64,000 bases of DNA. Source: Minisyncoccia bacterium (GTDB taxonomy: Bacteria; Patescibacteriota; Minisyncoccia; Phycocordibacterales; UBA918). Where the stretch lies: assembly GCA_041742075.1 (NCBI GenBank), contig JBGSJJ010000004.1, forward strand, positions 35,900 to 99,899, given 5' to 3'. The position numbers and the translations under genes were made by a program. Positions 1-9,975 of the stretch are shown piece after piece (position 1 is the stretch's first letter; the number at the start of each line of letters is the position of its first letter). The notes under the pieces are model-generated. The model searched no databases, was not told the origin of the DNA, and worked only from the letters and a program-made list of their open reading frames with translations.

Positions 1-97
1 TATTGAGCCATACCTGATTCGCCAAGGCCTACTTGAACGTACGCCACGCGGGCGAGTAGCGAGCGCAAGTGCCTATAGCCATTTACGAAATATATAG
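1..97 (+). CDS. ruvB: Holliday junction helicase RuvB, 3' end (partial)
   Basis: Frame from nt 2 reads [31 protein letters not shown], the RuvB C-terminal EPYL...RTPRGR motif; upstream of yebC-ruvC. Confidence 0.9.
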   Translation, partial: IEPYLIRQGLLERTPRGRVASASAYSHLRNI

Positions 98-105
98 TTT
101 TAAAT

Positions 106-645
106 ATGTCTGGACATAACAAGTGGTCAAAAATAAAACACAAAAAAGCGGTCACCGACTCACAGAAAAGTAAGATTTTTTCTAAGCACTCAAGTTTGAT
201 TACAATGGAATCACGCAATGCCGGCGGTGATGTCTCTTCACCCACATTAGCGGCCGCTATCATTCGAGCGAAGCAAGACTCAATGCCAAAAGAGAATATT
301 GACCGTGCTGTGGCGAAGGGGGCTGGAGCTGAGAGTGCCTCACTTCAGTCGGTTCTGTTTGAAGCTTATGGGCCAGGCGGTGTAGCTATACTCATAACTG
401 CAGTAACAGACAATAACAACCGCACGAGTCAGGAGGTACGAAGTATCTTCACTAAATCAGGACTACTACTTGGCGCGCCAGGTTCGGCTCAGTGGGCGTT
501 TTCGAAAACTTTAGCTGGGTATGTTCCGCAAAATCCAACTGAACTAAATGACGAGGACGGAGAAAAACTAGCCCTCTTGATAGAGAAACTCGAAGATAAC
601 GATGACGTACAAGAGGTGTTCACGTCAGCTGATACACCTGACTAG
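106..645 (+). CDS. yebC: YebC/PmpR family protein (short form)
   Basis: MSGHNKWSKIKHKK start, EAYGPGG and TDNNNRT motifs; linked to ruvC. Confidence 0.95.
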   Translation: MSGHNKWSKIKHKKAVTDSQKSKIFSKHSSLITMESRNAGGDVSSPTLAAAIIRAKQDSMPKENIDRAVAKGAGAESASLQSVLFEAYGPGGVAILITAVTDNNNRTSQEVRSIFTKSGLLLGAPGSAQWAFSKTLAGYVPQNPTELNDEDGEKLALLIEKLEDNDDVQEVFTSADTPD

Positions 646-658
646 TGAAATGCCTCAT

Positions 659-690
659 TAAAAACCTTTCATTCGAATGAAAGGTTTTTA
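659..690. terminator. Intrinsic terminator-like hairpin
   Basis: aaaacctttcat-tcga-atgaaaggtttt inverted repeat after yebC. Confidence 0.7.
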
Positions 691-770
691 CCTGGAGTGT
701 TAAAAAGGGTTTTAAGAGTCAAACCTGAAACTGTTTTGAAAACAGCTAACTATGCTATCCTTGATTCATT

Positions 771-1244
771 ATGAAAGTCCTCGGGATTGACCCTGGCTAC
801 GACCGGATGGGGGTGGCGGTGCTAGAAAAACAAGACGGGCGTGAAGTCCTCTTGCACTCAGACTGTATTTTGACGAATAAAAACCTAGCATTATCAGAGC
901 GTTTGTTTACGCTCGGTACTGAACTGTCAGCATTACTTGAAAAACACAGACCTGAAGCTGTGGCAGTTGAAACATTGTTTTTTAATAAAAACATCAAAAC
1001 CGCAATAGGTGTAGCGGAAGCGCGCGGTATCATTGTGTATCTCGCTAAGAAGTTTGGTTGTGTTGTCTATGAGTATGGACCACAAGAAATAAAGGTCGCG
1101 GTAACTGGATATGGTAACAGTGACAAAACGGCGGTTATTATGATGGTAAAAAAACTAGTTGAAAACGTTCCAGAAACTGCCCTCGATGACGAATACGATG
1201 CGATTGCGGTTGGTATAACTGCCCTTGCTCACAATCCTAACTAA
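771..1244 (+). CDS. ruvC: Holliday junction resolvase RuvC
   Basis: LGIDPG, AVETLFF, VTGYGNSDK, DDEYDAIAV motifs. Confidence 0.95.
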   Translation: MKVLGIDPGYDRMGVAVLEKQDGREVLLHSDCILTNKNLALSERLFTLGTELSALLEKHRPEAVAVETLFFNKNIKTAIGVAEARGIIVYLAKKFGCVVYEYGPQEIKVAVTGYGNSDKTAVIMMVKKLVENVPETALDDEYDAIAVGITALAHNPN

Positions 1245-1331
1245 GATATACTCCGAGGCGTAGAACGTATCTTGCATAAAAGTAAATCGTCTGCTACAAC
1301 ATACACACAGTAATTTATCATAAATGTATAT

Positions 1332-1604
1332 ATGATCTTTTTTGGATTTAAATCAGACGATGAAGAAGAGGAAGAAGCTGAGGATGCAACACTTGATGAT
1401 GACATTCTTGATGAATTAGCCGAACCCGAAGCAGAGGAAGAAGTAGATCCACTGGCTGAAGGTTTTGGGGAGCTTCCGGTAGAAGAAGAGGAGGCTATCG
1501 GTAAAGCTTCAGAAGAGGATGAGGACGGAGAAACTGAAGAGGAACTAGAGGACGACGCAGAGGATGTAGATTTTGATAGCTTTGATGATGTAGATGAGAT
1601 GTAA
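1332..1604 (+). CDS. Hypothetical hyperacidic protein
   Basis: 90 aa, about half Asp/Glu by manual count; followed by hairpins. Confidence 0.65.
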   Translation: MIFFGFKSDDEEEEEAEDATLDDDILDELAEPEAEEEVDPLAEGFGELPVEEEEAIGKASEEDEDGETEEELEDDAEDVDFDSFDDVDEM

Positions 1605-1683
1605 GACTGTCGCTGTCGCAAGCTCCAGCGAACCAGGCAGTCTTTCTGGCTAATGATGTCGCCTCCGCGACTCATATTTGAAC

Positions 1684-1721
1684 GATATAAAACACCTCAC
1701 TCTCGTGAGGTGTTTTATATC
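1684..1721. terminator. Bidirectional terminator hairpin
   Basis: gatataaaacacctcac...gtgaggtgttttatatc between convergent genes. Confidence 0.7.
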
Positions 1722-1737
1722 TATACCAGTAAACTTA

Positions 1738-2982
1738 CTACAAGTGTAGTTCAACCACTACTCGTAACTTTTTACCGCGTTTAAGAAGAATAGTCTGCCC
1801 GACAACATCCTTAGAAAACACATACGAAACATCAGTAATTACCTCATCGTTCACTGCCACCGCCCCACTCTCAACAAAGGTACGCGCCTCACGCTTACTG
1901 GTGGCAAGCTCTGCTTCCACTAGTGCATCAACAATACCAACACCAAAGGACATGGTTTTTGTGGGTGCATTTTTCTTTAACAACTCTAGTTCACTCATCT
2001 GTAGGTCCTTAAGAGGTACCGTACCAAACAATGCCTCAGTCACTCGTACTACTGATTCAGCTGAGTCAGCGCCGTGAACAAAGGCCACTACTTCTTTGGC
2101 GAGAATATTTTGAGCTAAACGTGTTTCAGGCGCTAGTTGATGCTTCTGCTCAATATCAGCAATTTCGGTTAGTGAGAGAAAAGTAAAAAGTTTTAAGTAA
2201 TCAATCACACTCGCGTCATCAGTGTTGAGCCAGAACTGGTAAAGTTCATAGGGAGAAGTCTTTTCGGCATCGAGCCAAACTGCGTTTCCTATACTTTTGC
2301 CAAATTTTTTCCCGGTAGTTTTATCAACTACAAGCGCCATTGTGAGTGCAAACACCGTATGGCCGGTAACTTTTCGAATATAGTCTACTCCTGAAATAAG
2401 ATTTCCCCACTGATCGGAACCACCAATCTGTAAATCGCAACCATAGGTAGTGTGAAGATGATAATAATCATAACTCTGAAGAAGTGCGTATGAGAACTCA
2501 GTATATGAAATACCCTGCTCACTTTGCATACGAGCAGATACCGCATCTTTTTTAATCATAGCGTTCACGGTAAAATGCTTACCTACGTTTCGTAAGTACT
2601 CAAACAATGAAAGCTTGGTAAGCCAATCGTAATTATTTACAAACGTAATGTCTCCAGTAGTAAGTTTTTTTATACCAACTTCCATCTCTTTCGCTTGCGC
2701 ACTAATGGTCTCTATTTCAGCTAGGGGACGTTCGGTATCTCGTCCGCCAGGGTCACCGATAAGCGCAGTTCCACCCCCAATAAGGAGATACACCTTGTGT
2801 CCAGCCTTAAGTAAGTGGTTAAGGAGCATGAATGGCACAAGGTTACCAACATGAATTGAGGTAGCTGTTGGGTCAATTCCGAGGTAAACGGTTCGTTTTT
2901 CTCCATCAAGAATCTCTCCTAAATCGTCGGTGGAAAACTGATAAACGAAACCACGCGCTTGAAGCTCTTCAGATAATTTCAT
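1738..2982 (-). CDS. tyrS: Tyrosine--tRNA ligase
   Basis: YLGIDPTATSIHVGN (HIGH), QIGGSDQWGN, KFGKS, C-terminal S4-like domain. Confidence 0.97.
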   Translation of the reverse strand: MKLSEELQARGFVYQFSTDDLGEILDGEKRTVYLGIDPTATSIHVGNLVPFMLLNHLLKAGHKVYLLIGGGTALIGDPGGRDTERPLAEIETISAQAKEMEVGIKKLTTGDITFVNNYDWLTKLSLFEYLRNVGKHFTVNAMIKKDAVSARMQSEQGISYTEFSYALLQSYDYYHLHTTYGCDLQIGGSDQWGNLISGVDYIRKVTGHTVFALTMALVVDKTTGKKFGKSIGNAVWLDAEKTSPYELYQFWLNTDDASVIDYLKLFTFLSLTEIADIEQKHQLAPETRLAQNILAKEVVAFVHGADSAESVVRVTEALFGTVPLKDLQMSELELLKKNAPTKTMSFGVGIVDALVEAELATSKREARTFVESGAVAVNDEVITDVSYVFSKDVVGQTILLKRGKKLRVVVELHL

Positions 2983-3067
2983 ATAGGCACTATACCACAG
3001 CTATTATGACTGTATATATAGACAACTCATGCTACTATGGCCATAGTAGCCAACTTAGAACGAAGGT

Positions 3068-5338
3068 ATGAAGTATATAAAGAAGTATTTTAAAAAAGCA
3101 AAACGGTTTGTAAAACAACATGGTTTGGACCTCTTAATTGACGGCTTAATCGTGCTGTTTGTGGCTGGTTTAGTGATAGCCGGTGGTCTATTTATTTGGA
3201 TATCCACTCTAGAAATCCCTGACCTGTCTGCTTTTGAACAACGTCGCATTCTTCAGTCAACAAAAATCTATGACCGCACCGGAGAAGTTCTCCTTTATGA
3301 CCTCCACCAAGATGTGCGCCGGACAATTGTACCGTTTGAAGAAATCTCCTATCATATTAAAAATGCTTCCGTCGCAATTGAGGATGCAAATTTTTATAGT
3401 CACTATGGTATATCACCACGCGGTATTCTTCGCGCCGCTTTTTCTAACTTAGGTGAAGGTGACCTTTTGGGTGGTCAAGGTGGTTCTACTATTACTCAAC
3501 AGGTTATTAAAAACTCTATTCTTGAACAGGAAAAGCGTCTCACTAGAAAAGTGAAGGAGGCAATTCTGGCACTTAAAATTGAGCGGGTATTAACTAAAGA
3601 CGAAATTCTTTCGTACTACCTCAACGAATCTCCGTATGGCGGTACTATTTATGGCGTCGAGGAAGCTAGTCAAGCCTATTTTGGTAAAAGTTCTAAAGAT
3701 ATAACCCTCCCTGAAGCTGCTTACTTAGCTTCTCTTCCCCAAGCACCTACCTACCTATCACCTTATGGAGAAAATAAAGACGCCCTTGATGTCCGTCAGA
3801 AGCGCGTTTTAACCCGCATGAAAGAGCTAAACTTCATCACAGAAGAAGAATATAATTCCGCATCAAACACAGTGGTTGAATTCCAGCCTCAAGTATTAAG
3901 TGGCATTCGTGCTCCGCACTTTGTGATGTATATCAAAGAGCAGTTAGAAGAGAAGTACGGGGAGGAAGCGCTAGCCGAAAAAGGCTACCGAATTATTACC
4001 ACTCTTGACTATGAACTACAGGCTGAGGCGGAACGTATTGTAAAAGAAAAAGCGCTTGAAAACGTTACTAAGTTCAACGCCAGTAATGCCGGACTCGTTG
4101 CTATTAACCCACAAACTGGCGACATATTAACCATGGTAGGTTCGAGAGACTACTTTGATGAGGAAATTGATGGAAACTTCAACGTGACCCTGGCTAAACG
4201 ACAACCTGGTTCATCTATAAAGCCCTATGTATATGCCTCAGCTTTTGCTAAAGGCTATCGTCCAGAAACAATTGTCTTTGACCTTCCAACTCAGTTTAGT
4301 ACCGCTTGTGAACCATGGGATACCAGTAATGAGAACCCCTGCTACGCTCCAAAAAACTATAACAACATTTTCGTCGGCCCAATTAGTTTGCGTAATGCCC
4401 TCGCTCAGTCACTCAACATACCGGCAGTAAAAGTACTTTATTTAACTGGTCTTAAAGACGCCATTAAACTAACGTCTGACTTAGGTATAACAACTTTAAA
4501 TGACCCTGACCGACTGGGGCTTACGCTTGTGCTTGGTGGTGGTGAAGTAACCTTACTTGAACACACTGGTGGCTATGGTGTGTTTGCCAACGAAGGTGTT
4601 CGAGCTGACAGACGAAGTATTTTACGCATTGAAGACATTAATGGAAACGTACTTGAAGAACCAAAAGAAGTTACCACAAGAGTATTAGACCGAGATGTGG
4701 CCCTTATGATTTCAGACATACTTTCAGACAACAACGCCCGTACACCTCTCTGGGGAAACTACTCGCAAGTATTTTTTGGAGAGCGTGATGTCGCTGTTAA
4801 GTCAGGTAGTACCAACAACTCACGTGATGCCTGGATTATGGGATACACACCTAACCTCGCGGTTGGGGTATGGGTTGGTAATAATGACAATGCACCAATG
4901 AATGGTCTTTCCGGCTTAATCGCAACGCCGATGTGGCGACAATTTCTTGATATTGCTATTACAAAGATTGAAGATCAATCATTTCCCGAACCACCACCAC
5001 CAGATCCTAACTTAAAACCAATTCTTCGAGGTGCTATTATGGATCCGACGTTTATGCTTTCACAAGTTCAAGCTGGAAGTAGTTCACTTGACATAGCTGG
5101 TATAACTGACAACATCCACTCAATTCTTCACTTTGTTGATCGGTCTGATCCTACTGGACCATATCCAACCAATCCCGGCCGAGATGGTCAATATGAATAT
5201 TGGGAGTATAGTGTACAAAAATGGAAAGAATCTACGTATGGAGCACTTTTGGAATCAGTAAAAGCCGAGGAAACAATTAAAGAGGATGAAGAAGAGGAAG
5301 ATCCAGAACCTACACCACGCAGTAGAAGGTCTAGATAA
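3068..5338 (+). CDS. Class A penicillin-binding protein (PBP1A family)
   Basis: N-terminal TM; transglycosylase AIED, GGSTITQQ, RKVKE; transpeptidase SSIK, SLN, KSG. Confidence 0.95.
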   Translation: MKYIKKYFKKAKRFVKQHGLDLLIDGLIVLFVAGLVIAGGLFIWISTLEIPDLSAFEQRRILQSTKIYDRTGEVLLYDLHQDVRRTIVPFEEISYHIKNASVAIEDANFYSHYGISPRGILRAAFSNLGEGDLLGGQGGSTITQQVIKNSILEQEKRLTRKVKEAILALKIERVLTKDEILSYYLNESPYGGTIYGVEEASQAYFGKSSKDITLPEAAYLASLPQAPTYLSPYGENKDALDVRQKRVLTRMKELNFITEEEYNSASNTVVEFQPQVLSGIRAPHFVMYIKEQLEEKYGEEALAEKGYRIITTLDYELQAEAERIVKEKALENVTKFNASNAGLVAINPQTGDILTMVGSRDYFDEEIDGNFNVTLAKRQPGSSIKPYVYASAFAKGYRPETIVFDLPTQFSTACEPWDTSNENPCYAPKNYNNIFVGPISLRNALAQSLNIPAVKVLYLTGLKDAIKLTSDLGITTLNDPDRLGLTLVLGGGEVTLLEHTGGYGVFANEGVRADRRSILRIEDINGNVLEEPKEVTTRVLDRDVALMISDILSDNNARTPLWGNYSQVFFGERDVAVKSGSTNNSRDAWIMGYTPNLAVGVWVGNNDNAPMNGLSGLIATPMWRQFLDIAITKIEDQSFPEPPPPDPNLKPILRGAIMDPTFMLSQVQAGSSSLDIAGITDNIHSILHFVDRSDPTGPYPTNPGRDGQYEYWEYSVQKWKESTYGALLESVKAEETIKEDEEEEDPEPTPRSRRSR

Positions 5339-5618
5339 TGTCTTTAGGGGCATTCTGTGCCCCTAGACGACCCTTCAAATGAGTAAGGATATCTTTCTTA
5401 TGTAAAATAATTTCAGACTTTAGTGGTCCTGAAATAGTTATATAGAGTATCTTTGCGTTTGTGTTATACCTAATACTCTCTTTTTTTACTTCATATTGAA
5501 GAATATCAACAATAACCTCAATCGTAGTATTTATTACCGTTGATTGTGGTGCTTTTAAAATAGTTGTGTACTTATCAAAAAGATTTTGTATCTTCTTAAT
5601 ACCACCACCTCGCGTCAT
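5331..5618 (-). CDS. Hypothetical protein, possible DciA/DUF721-like
   Basis: 95 aa basic protein starting 2 nt after the dnaN stop; LYITISGPLKSEIILHKKDIL resembles DUF721 pattern (recollection, unverified). Confidence 0.5.
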   Translation of the reverse strand: MTRGGGIKKIQNLFDKYTTILKAPQSTVINTTIEVIVDILQYEVKKESIRYNTNAKILYITISGPLKSEIILHKKDILTHLKGRLGAQNAPKDII

Positions 5619-5619
5619 A

Positions 5620-6711
5620 CTATTTATTCATTGGCATTACTAAGTAACGAAGGGAAGAATCATGAACTCCTTCAATTACCATCGGTCGACCAATTCCAGC
5701 AAAGTGCATAATAATACTTTCGTCGGCAATAAAACTAAGTGGTTCAGAAACATACCGTTGGTTAAAGTTTAAAGCTAAATCTTCCCCCTCTGTCTGAGCT
5801 GGAATTGATTCTATTGTTGTACCAACTTCGCCACTGGTAGAAGTAATAATACATTCCCGACTTGAAACACTAATTCCGACTTGCATGAATTTATTTAAAA
5901 AGATATTTGTCTTTTTAAATGAATTTATAAGGTCATTTTTAAGTAATGTGGTGTGAGAACAATATTCCTTTGGAATAATTTGCTGATAATCAGGAAATGA
6001 ACCACTTATAAGACGTGAGGTTATATATATATCACTAAACGTTAACGAACATTGATTTTCATTGGTTTTAAATTCTGGATCACCTTCAAGTAAGTCACAC
6101 ACACGAGCCAACTCTAGGGCATTTTTTTGTGGAATAAGTATTGAATCAGTAAGAATTAAACCATTTTGAGAGACCGTCTTTTCCATTAAACGGAAAGAAT
6201 CTGTCGCCACAAAAGTTAGAGTGTGTTCTTTTTTTTGTAATATATACACACTACCTAACTCAGGTTTAATAGAAGATTGACTCGCGGCAAAAGCAGCAGT
6301 TTTTATACCGAGGGAAAATAGTGAACGATTTATCTTTTGTCCCGTACCATCTACTTTTGGAATTCCTGGAAATTCACTCTCAGGGATAGTTTTAATATTT
6401 GAAGTAGAACCATTACCTTCTATAACTAAAGTAGTTCCTTCAACCTTAAGGGTAATTTCTTTTTGGTTCATATACTGAACCGTTTGAATTAAAGTTTGAG
6501 CTGGTACTGCCACAATTCCCTCTTTAATTACCTTTGGCTTTAGAGTAGCTTCAATTCCTATCTCTAAGTTAGTTGCTGTTAGAACCAACGTATCACCAGA
6601 CACCTTTAAGAGAACACATTGAAGTACTGGGAGTGTCACATGTTTTGTACTTACCTTCCCTACTAATTCTAATTTTTCAAGTAAGTGTATTCTCTCAAGT
6701 GTTATGTGCAT
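5620..6711 (-). CDS. dnaN: DNA polymerase III beta clamp
   Basis: ATNLE, VATDSFRL, FPDYQQIIP, YLVMPM; downstream of dnaA. Confidence 0.97.
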   Translation of the reverse strand: MHITLERIHLLEKLELVGKVSTKHVTLPVLQCVLLKVSGDTLVLTATNLEIGIEATLKPKVIKEGIVAVPAQTLIQTVQYMNQKEITLKVEGTTLVIEGNGSTSNIKTIPESEFPGIPKVDGTGQKINRSLFSLGIKTAAFAASQSSIKPELGSVYILQKKEHTLTFVATDSFRLMEKTVSQNGLILTDSILIPQKNALELARVCDLLEGDPEFKTNENQCSLTFSDIYITSRLISGSFPDYQQIIPKEYCSHTTLLKNDLINSFKKTNIFLNKFMQVGISVSSRECIITSTSGEVGTTIESIPAQTEGEDLALNFNQRYVSEPLSFIADESIIMHFAGIGRPMVIEGVHDSSLRYLVMPMNK

Positions 6712-7036
6712 ATTATTTTTATTTTTAAATTTATTTGTCCGTACTATTAGGGGTGTGGATGTGTGGAAAAGTAGATTTCAGAGTGAGCTATATAGTTTTA
6801 ATTTTATACAAACAGCTATTCTAAGGTGTATAAGACTGTGAGTGGTTAGGTTTCGTTTGGGGATAGAAAAGAAAATTTGAACTACTACTGTGTATAGTAG
6901 TGTACCTATCAGTAGGTTATCCGTATACTGTACACCGGATAAGGTTATTGTATATACATTAAAACCACTTTACTACCCCTACTAATACGCTAGTTTTACA
7001 CAGATTTTCCCCACGTAAACAAACTATGAATACAAA
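6712..7036 (-). other. Replication origin oriC (dnaA-dnaN intergenic part)
   Basis: Minus strand 6770-6712 reads TTTTCCACA CATCCACA CCCC TAA TAG TAC then AT-rich: tandem DnaA boxes, GC spacer and trio-like repeats; further degenerate boxes nearby. Confidence 0.8.
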
Positions 7037-7067
7037 TAAAAATACTGGCTTAAAGCCAGTATTTTTA
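7037..7067 (-). terminator. Hairpin after dnaA
   Basis: aaaaatactggctt-a-aagccagtatttt inverted repeat. Confidence 0.65.
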
Positions 7068-7070
7068 TAA

Positions 7071-8453
7071 TTATTTAAGAAGGAGGCGAATTTGTGTAAT
7101 CTCTTCTTCAAGCTCATTGTTCCCCTTTAAATCATTCTTTATCTTTTCACATGAGTGAATGACGGTGGTATGGTCTCGACCACCTAGTTTTTGACCAATA
7201 GCTGGGTATGAGACTTGAAAATCTTCCCGGAGAATATACATAATAAGTTGACGAGGTTTTACAATTTCTTTTCGCCTTGTCTTCTCATAAATTGAAGATG
7301 GATCAATTTCATAGTAGCGAGCAATTTTTTCTACTACATCAGAAACAGCTAAAGTTTTTCGTGGGCGGGTGCTGTTTTTAATAATAACCTTTACTTCCTC
7401 GAGTGAAAGTGAACGGCCAAGTAGTTGGGACTGGCACATAATGGTATTGAGTGCCCCTTCGAGTTCTCGAATGTTGCCTTCGATGGTAAAGGCGAGATGG
7501 TCAATTACTTCATCGATGAGGGTAATACCATTTTGTGCTGCTTTGGCCCTTAGAATAGCCCCTCTTGATTCGATATCCGGTGCTGGTATATCGACAATCA
7601 TTCCTTGAGCAAAGCGTGATTGAAGACGTTCAGCTAATCCAGAAAGAAGGGCGGGATGAATGTCACTTGAAAATACAATTTGCTTATTGTTATCATGGAG
7701 TGCATTAAAAAGATGAAACAATTCCTCCTGAGTTTTTTCCTTATTAGCGAGAAACTGTACATCATCCATGATAAGAACGTCATACTGACGATACTTATCT
7801 TTAAAACTATTAGCCGTGCCGTTTTGAAGGCTATTAAAGTAGTCGACAGTAAAGCGTTCACTGGTTACATAAAAAACTTTCTTTCCAGACCGCTTAAGGT
7901 GATTACCGACTGCTTGGATAAGGTGGGTTTTACCATGACCAGTTTTTCCGTAAATAAAAAGTGGATTGTATGAGATGCCCGGTTTTTCACTGACGGTCTT
8001 AGCAGCTGCATGAGCAAGAGCGTTAAAAGGTCCAACTACAAATGAATTAAAGGCATATTTAGGATTGAGGTTGTCACTTTTGTTGATGTAGTATTCCTCA
8101 AGTGGGAGGGCTGCATTTACCGTCATCGATTTAGAAGTTTCTTTTCGCTTGTCACTTCTTTGTATGACAACGTACTCAATACTTCGTACGTGTGGGGTAA
8201 GGTCACGCAGTACTTTTAGAATCATGGACTGAAACTTATCAGATAGCCAATCTCTCACAAAGACACTAGGTACGCCAAGAGAAATGGTTCCGTCTTCAAG
8301 TGAGCTAATATGGGTGTCTCTAAACCAAGTCTTAAAGTTGGCAGGAGTGATTGAAAGTTCAATAGTAACAAGCGCATCATCCCACAATTTTTTAACATCA
8401 ATCTGTTCTGTATGTATGATTGTGTTTGATGTGGGATGAGAAATTGGATTCAT
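7071..8453 (-). CDS. dnaA: Chromosomal replication initiator DnaA
   Basis: YNPLFIYGKTGHGKTHL, DDVQFL, NIRELEGAL, GGRDHTTVIHS. Confidence 0.98.
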   Translation of the reverse strand: MNPISHPTSNTIIHTEQIDVKKLWDDALVTIELSITPANFKTWFRDTHISSLEDGTISLGVPSVFVRDWLSDKFQSMILKVLRDLTPHVRSIEYVVIQRSDKRKETSKSMTVNAALPLEEYYINKSDNLNPKYAFNSFVVGPFNALAHAAAKTVSEKPGISYNPLFIYGKTGHGKTHLIQAVGNHLKRSGKKVFYVTSERFTVDYFNSLQNGTANSFKDKYRQYDVLIMDDVQFLANKEKTQEELFHLFNALHDNNKQIVFSSDIHPALLSGLAERLQSRFAQGMIVDIPAPDIESRGAILRAKAAQNGITLIDEVIDHLAFTIEGNIRELEGALNTIMCQSQLLGRSLSLEEVKVIIKNSTRPRKTLAVSDVVEKIARYYEIDPSSIYEKTRRKEIVKPRQLIMYILREDFQVSYPAIGQKLGGRDHTTVIHSCEKIKNDLKGNNELEEEITQIRLLLK

Positions 8454-8565
8454 ACAGAAACTTAGAACTTAGTAGAATGCATTATACGCTTCTCCCAAAA
8501 ACTGTAAACTTTTTTTTAAAATGTTGTCTGTTTTAGGTATGATTTTTTTTGCAACTATCAATTTC

Positions 8566-8585
8566 TGTGTATAAACTGTGTATAA
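8566..8585. promoter_or_regulatory. Tandem DnaA boxes upstream of dnaA
   Basis: TGTGTATAA twice (reverse complement TTATACACA) between dnaA and rpmH. Confidence 0.75.
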
Positions 8586-8669
8586 CAAGTTTGAGGAAAT
8601 AAAATATAGGCATACCTTGTCAAATATTGATACTAGTGTATATTAATCCGGTAATAAATACCCAGTTAT

Positions 8670-8819
8670 ATGTCTAAACGAACCTATCAACCAAGTAAGC
8701 GAAAGCGCGCCACCACTCATGGTTTTTTGGTGCGATCTGCTACAAAAGCCGGAGCCGGTGTCCTTCGGGCCCGTCGCCGAAAAGGCCGAGCGCAATTGAC
8801 GGTAAAGAAGAGCGCTTAA
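8670..8819 (+). CDS. rpmH: 50S ribosomal protein L34 (missing from ORF track)
   Basis: Manual translation [49 protein letters not shown]. Confidence 0.97.
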   Translation: MSKRTYQPSKRKRATTHGFLVRSATKAGAGVLRARRRKGRAQLTVKKSA

Positions 8820-8856
8820 ACACTGGTTATTTTATTTCCGTGTATACTAGACGGAT

Positions 8857-9174
8857 ATGTTGGCTAAGAAAGAACGATTAAACCGAACTGCGTTTGATCG
8901 TTTTTTTGTATCGGGTAAGCGCTACAATAGCCCCTATTTTCAACTGATTTATACCCCTTATAAAAACTTCCATGGGTCGGTGGTGGTGGGAAAAAAAGTC
9001 TACAAAAAAGCCGTTCTCCGTAACCGTCTCCGCCGGCAGGTGTATGGTGTGTTGTATCGAAATAAGACAACCTTAAAGATAGGAGTCTATATTTGTATAG
9101 CAAAACCAGCCAGCACTTCCCTACTTAAAGGTACCATAATTATTGAACTAGAAAAATTACTCAAGCAGATGTAG
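8857..9174 (+). CDS. rnpA: RNase P protein component
   Basis: KKAVLRNRLRR (RNR motif); rpmH-rnpA-yidC synteny. Confidence 0.93.
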   Translation: MLAKKERLNRTAFDRFFVSGKRYNSPYFQLIYTPYKNFHGSVVVGKKVYKKAVLRNRLRRQVYGVLYRNKTTLKIGVYICIAKPASTSLLKGTIIIELEKLLKQM

Positions 9175-9246
9175 AGGTTTTCGACAGTCCCCTCGTTTCG
9201 AGGTAGAATAGCTAAATTACACAAGATTCCTACCCCTTTAACTTTT

Positions 9247-9975
9247 ATGTTCAGTTTTATTTGGCACACATTTTTCTTTGACCCAATTTACAATGGTCTC
9301 GTCTTTTTTATAGATGTTATACCAGGTGGTGACGTGGGTTTGGCTATTATTTTTATTACAATACTCGTGAAAGTTATCTTATTACCTCTGTCTATAAAAG
9401 CAGCTAAAACTCAGGTCGTGATGCGGGAGATTGAACCAAAACTTAAAGAACTTAAAGAAAAAATTACTGACAGACAAGAACAAGCAAAAGCCATGATGCT
9501 TCTGTATAAAGAATCAGGCATTAATCCCTTCGCCAGTATCATCCTCGTTTTTTTACAGATACCGATTTTAATTGCCCTCTACTTAGCTCTTTCAAAAGGA
9601 GGTGGTGTACCACTACCGGCTATTAATACAGATATTTTATATACCTTTATTCCTAATCCAGAATCAGCCTCAATGCTTTTCTTAGGTATTCAAGATATAA
9701 CCCTTCGCAGTTTACCCCTAGCGCTCTTAGCGAGTGTATTTCAGTTCATTCATGGCTCACTTACTATCCCAAAAGCTACACCACGTGACCCGAATGTCCC
9801 ACTAACCCTTAAAGAAGACTTTACGCGTAACATGCACCTTCAGATGCGCTATGTGATGCCGATAATTATTTTCTTTGCGGGGTATACAATCTCAGCGGCG
9901 CTCGCACTTTATTTTGCTATCAGCGCTCTGATGGCGATTGGAACAGAGTTTATCGTGAGACGCTACCGAAACTAA
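9247..9975 (+). CDS. yidC: Membrane protein insertase YidC/Oxa1 (short form)
   Basis: GLAIIFITILVKVILLPL, LYKESGINP, QIPILIALY. Confidence 0.93.
   Translation: MFSFIWHTFFFDPIYNGLVFFIDVIPGGDVGLAIIFITILVKVILLPLSIKAAKTQVVMREIEPKLKELKEKITDRQEQAKAMMLLYKESGINPFASIILVFLQIPILIALYLALSKGGGVPLPAINTDILYTFIPNPESASMLFLGIQDITLRSLPLALLASVFQFIHGSLTIPKATPRDPNVPLTLKEDFTRNMHLQMRYVMPIIIFFAGYTISAALALYFAISALMAIGTEFIVRRYRN

Noticed and set aside
1241-1675. Ser-rich minus-strand ORF and similar antisense ORFs across the window
   Set aside because: Shadow frames of better-supported genes
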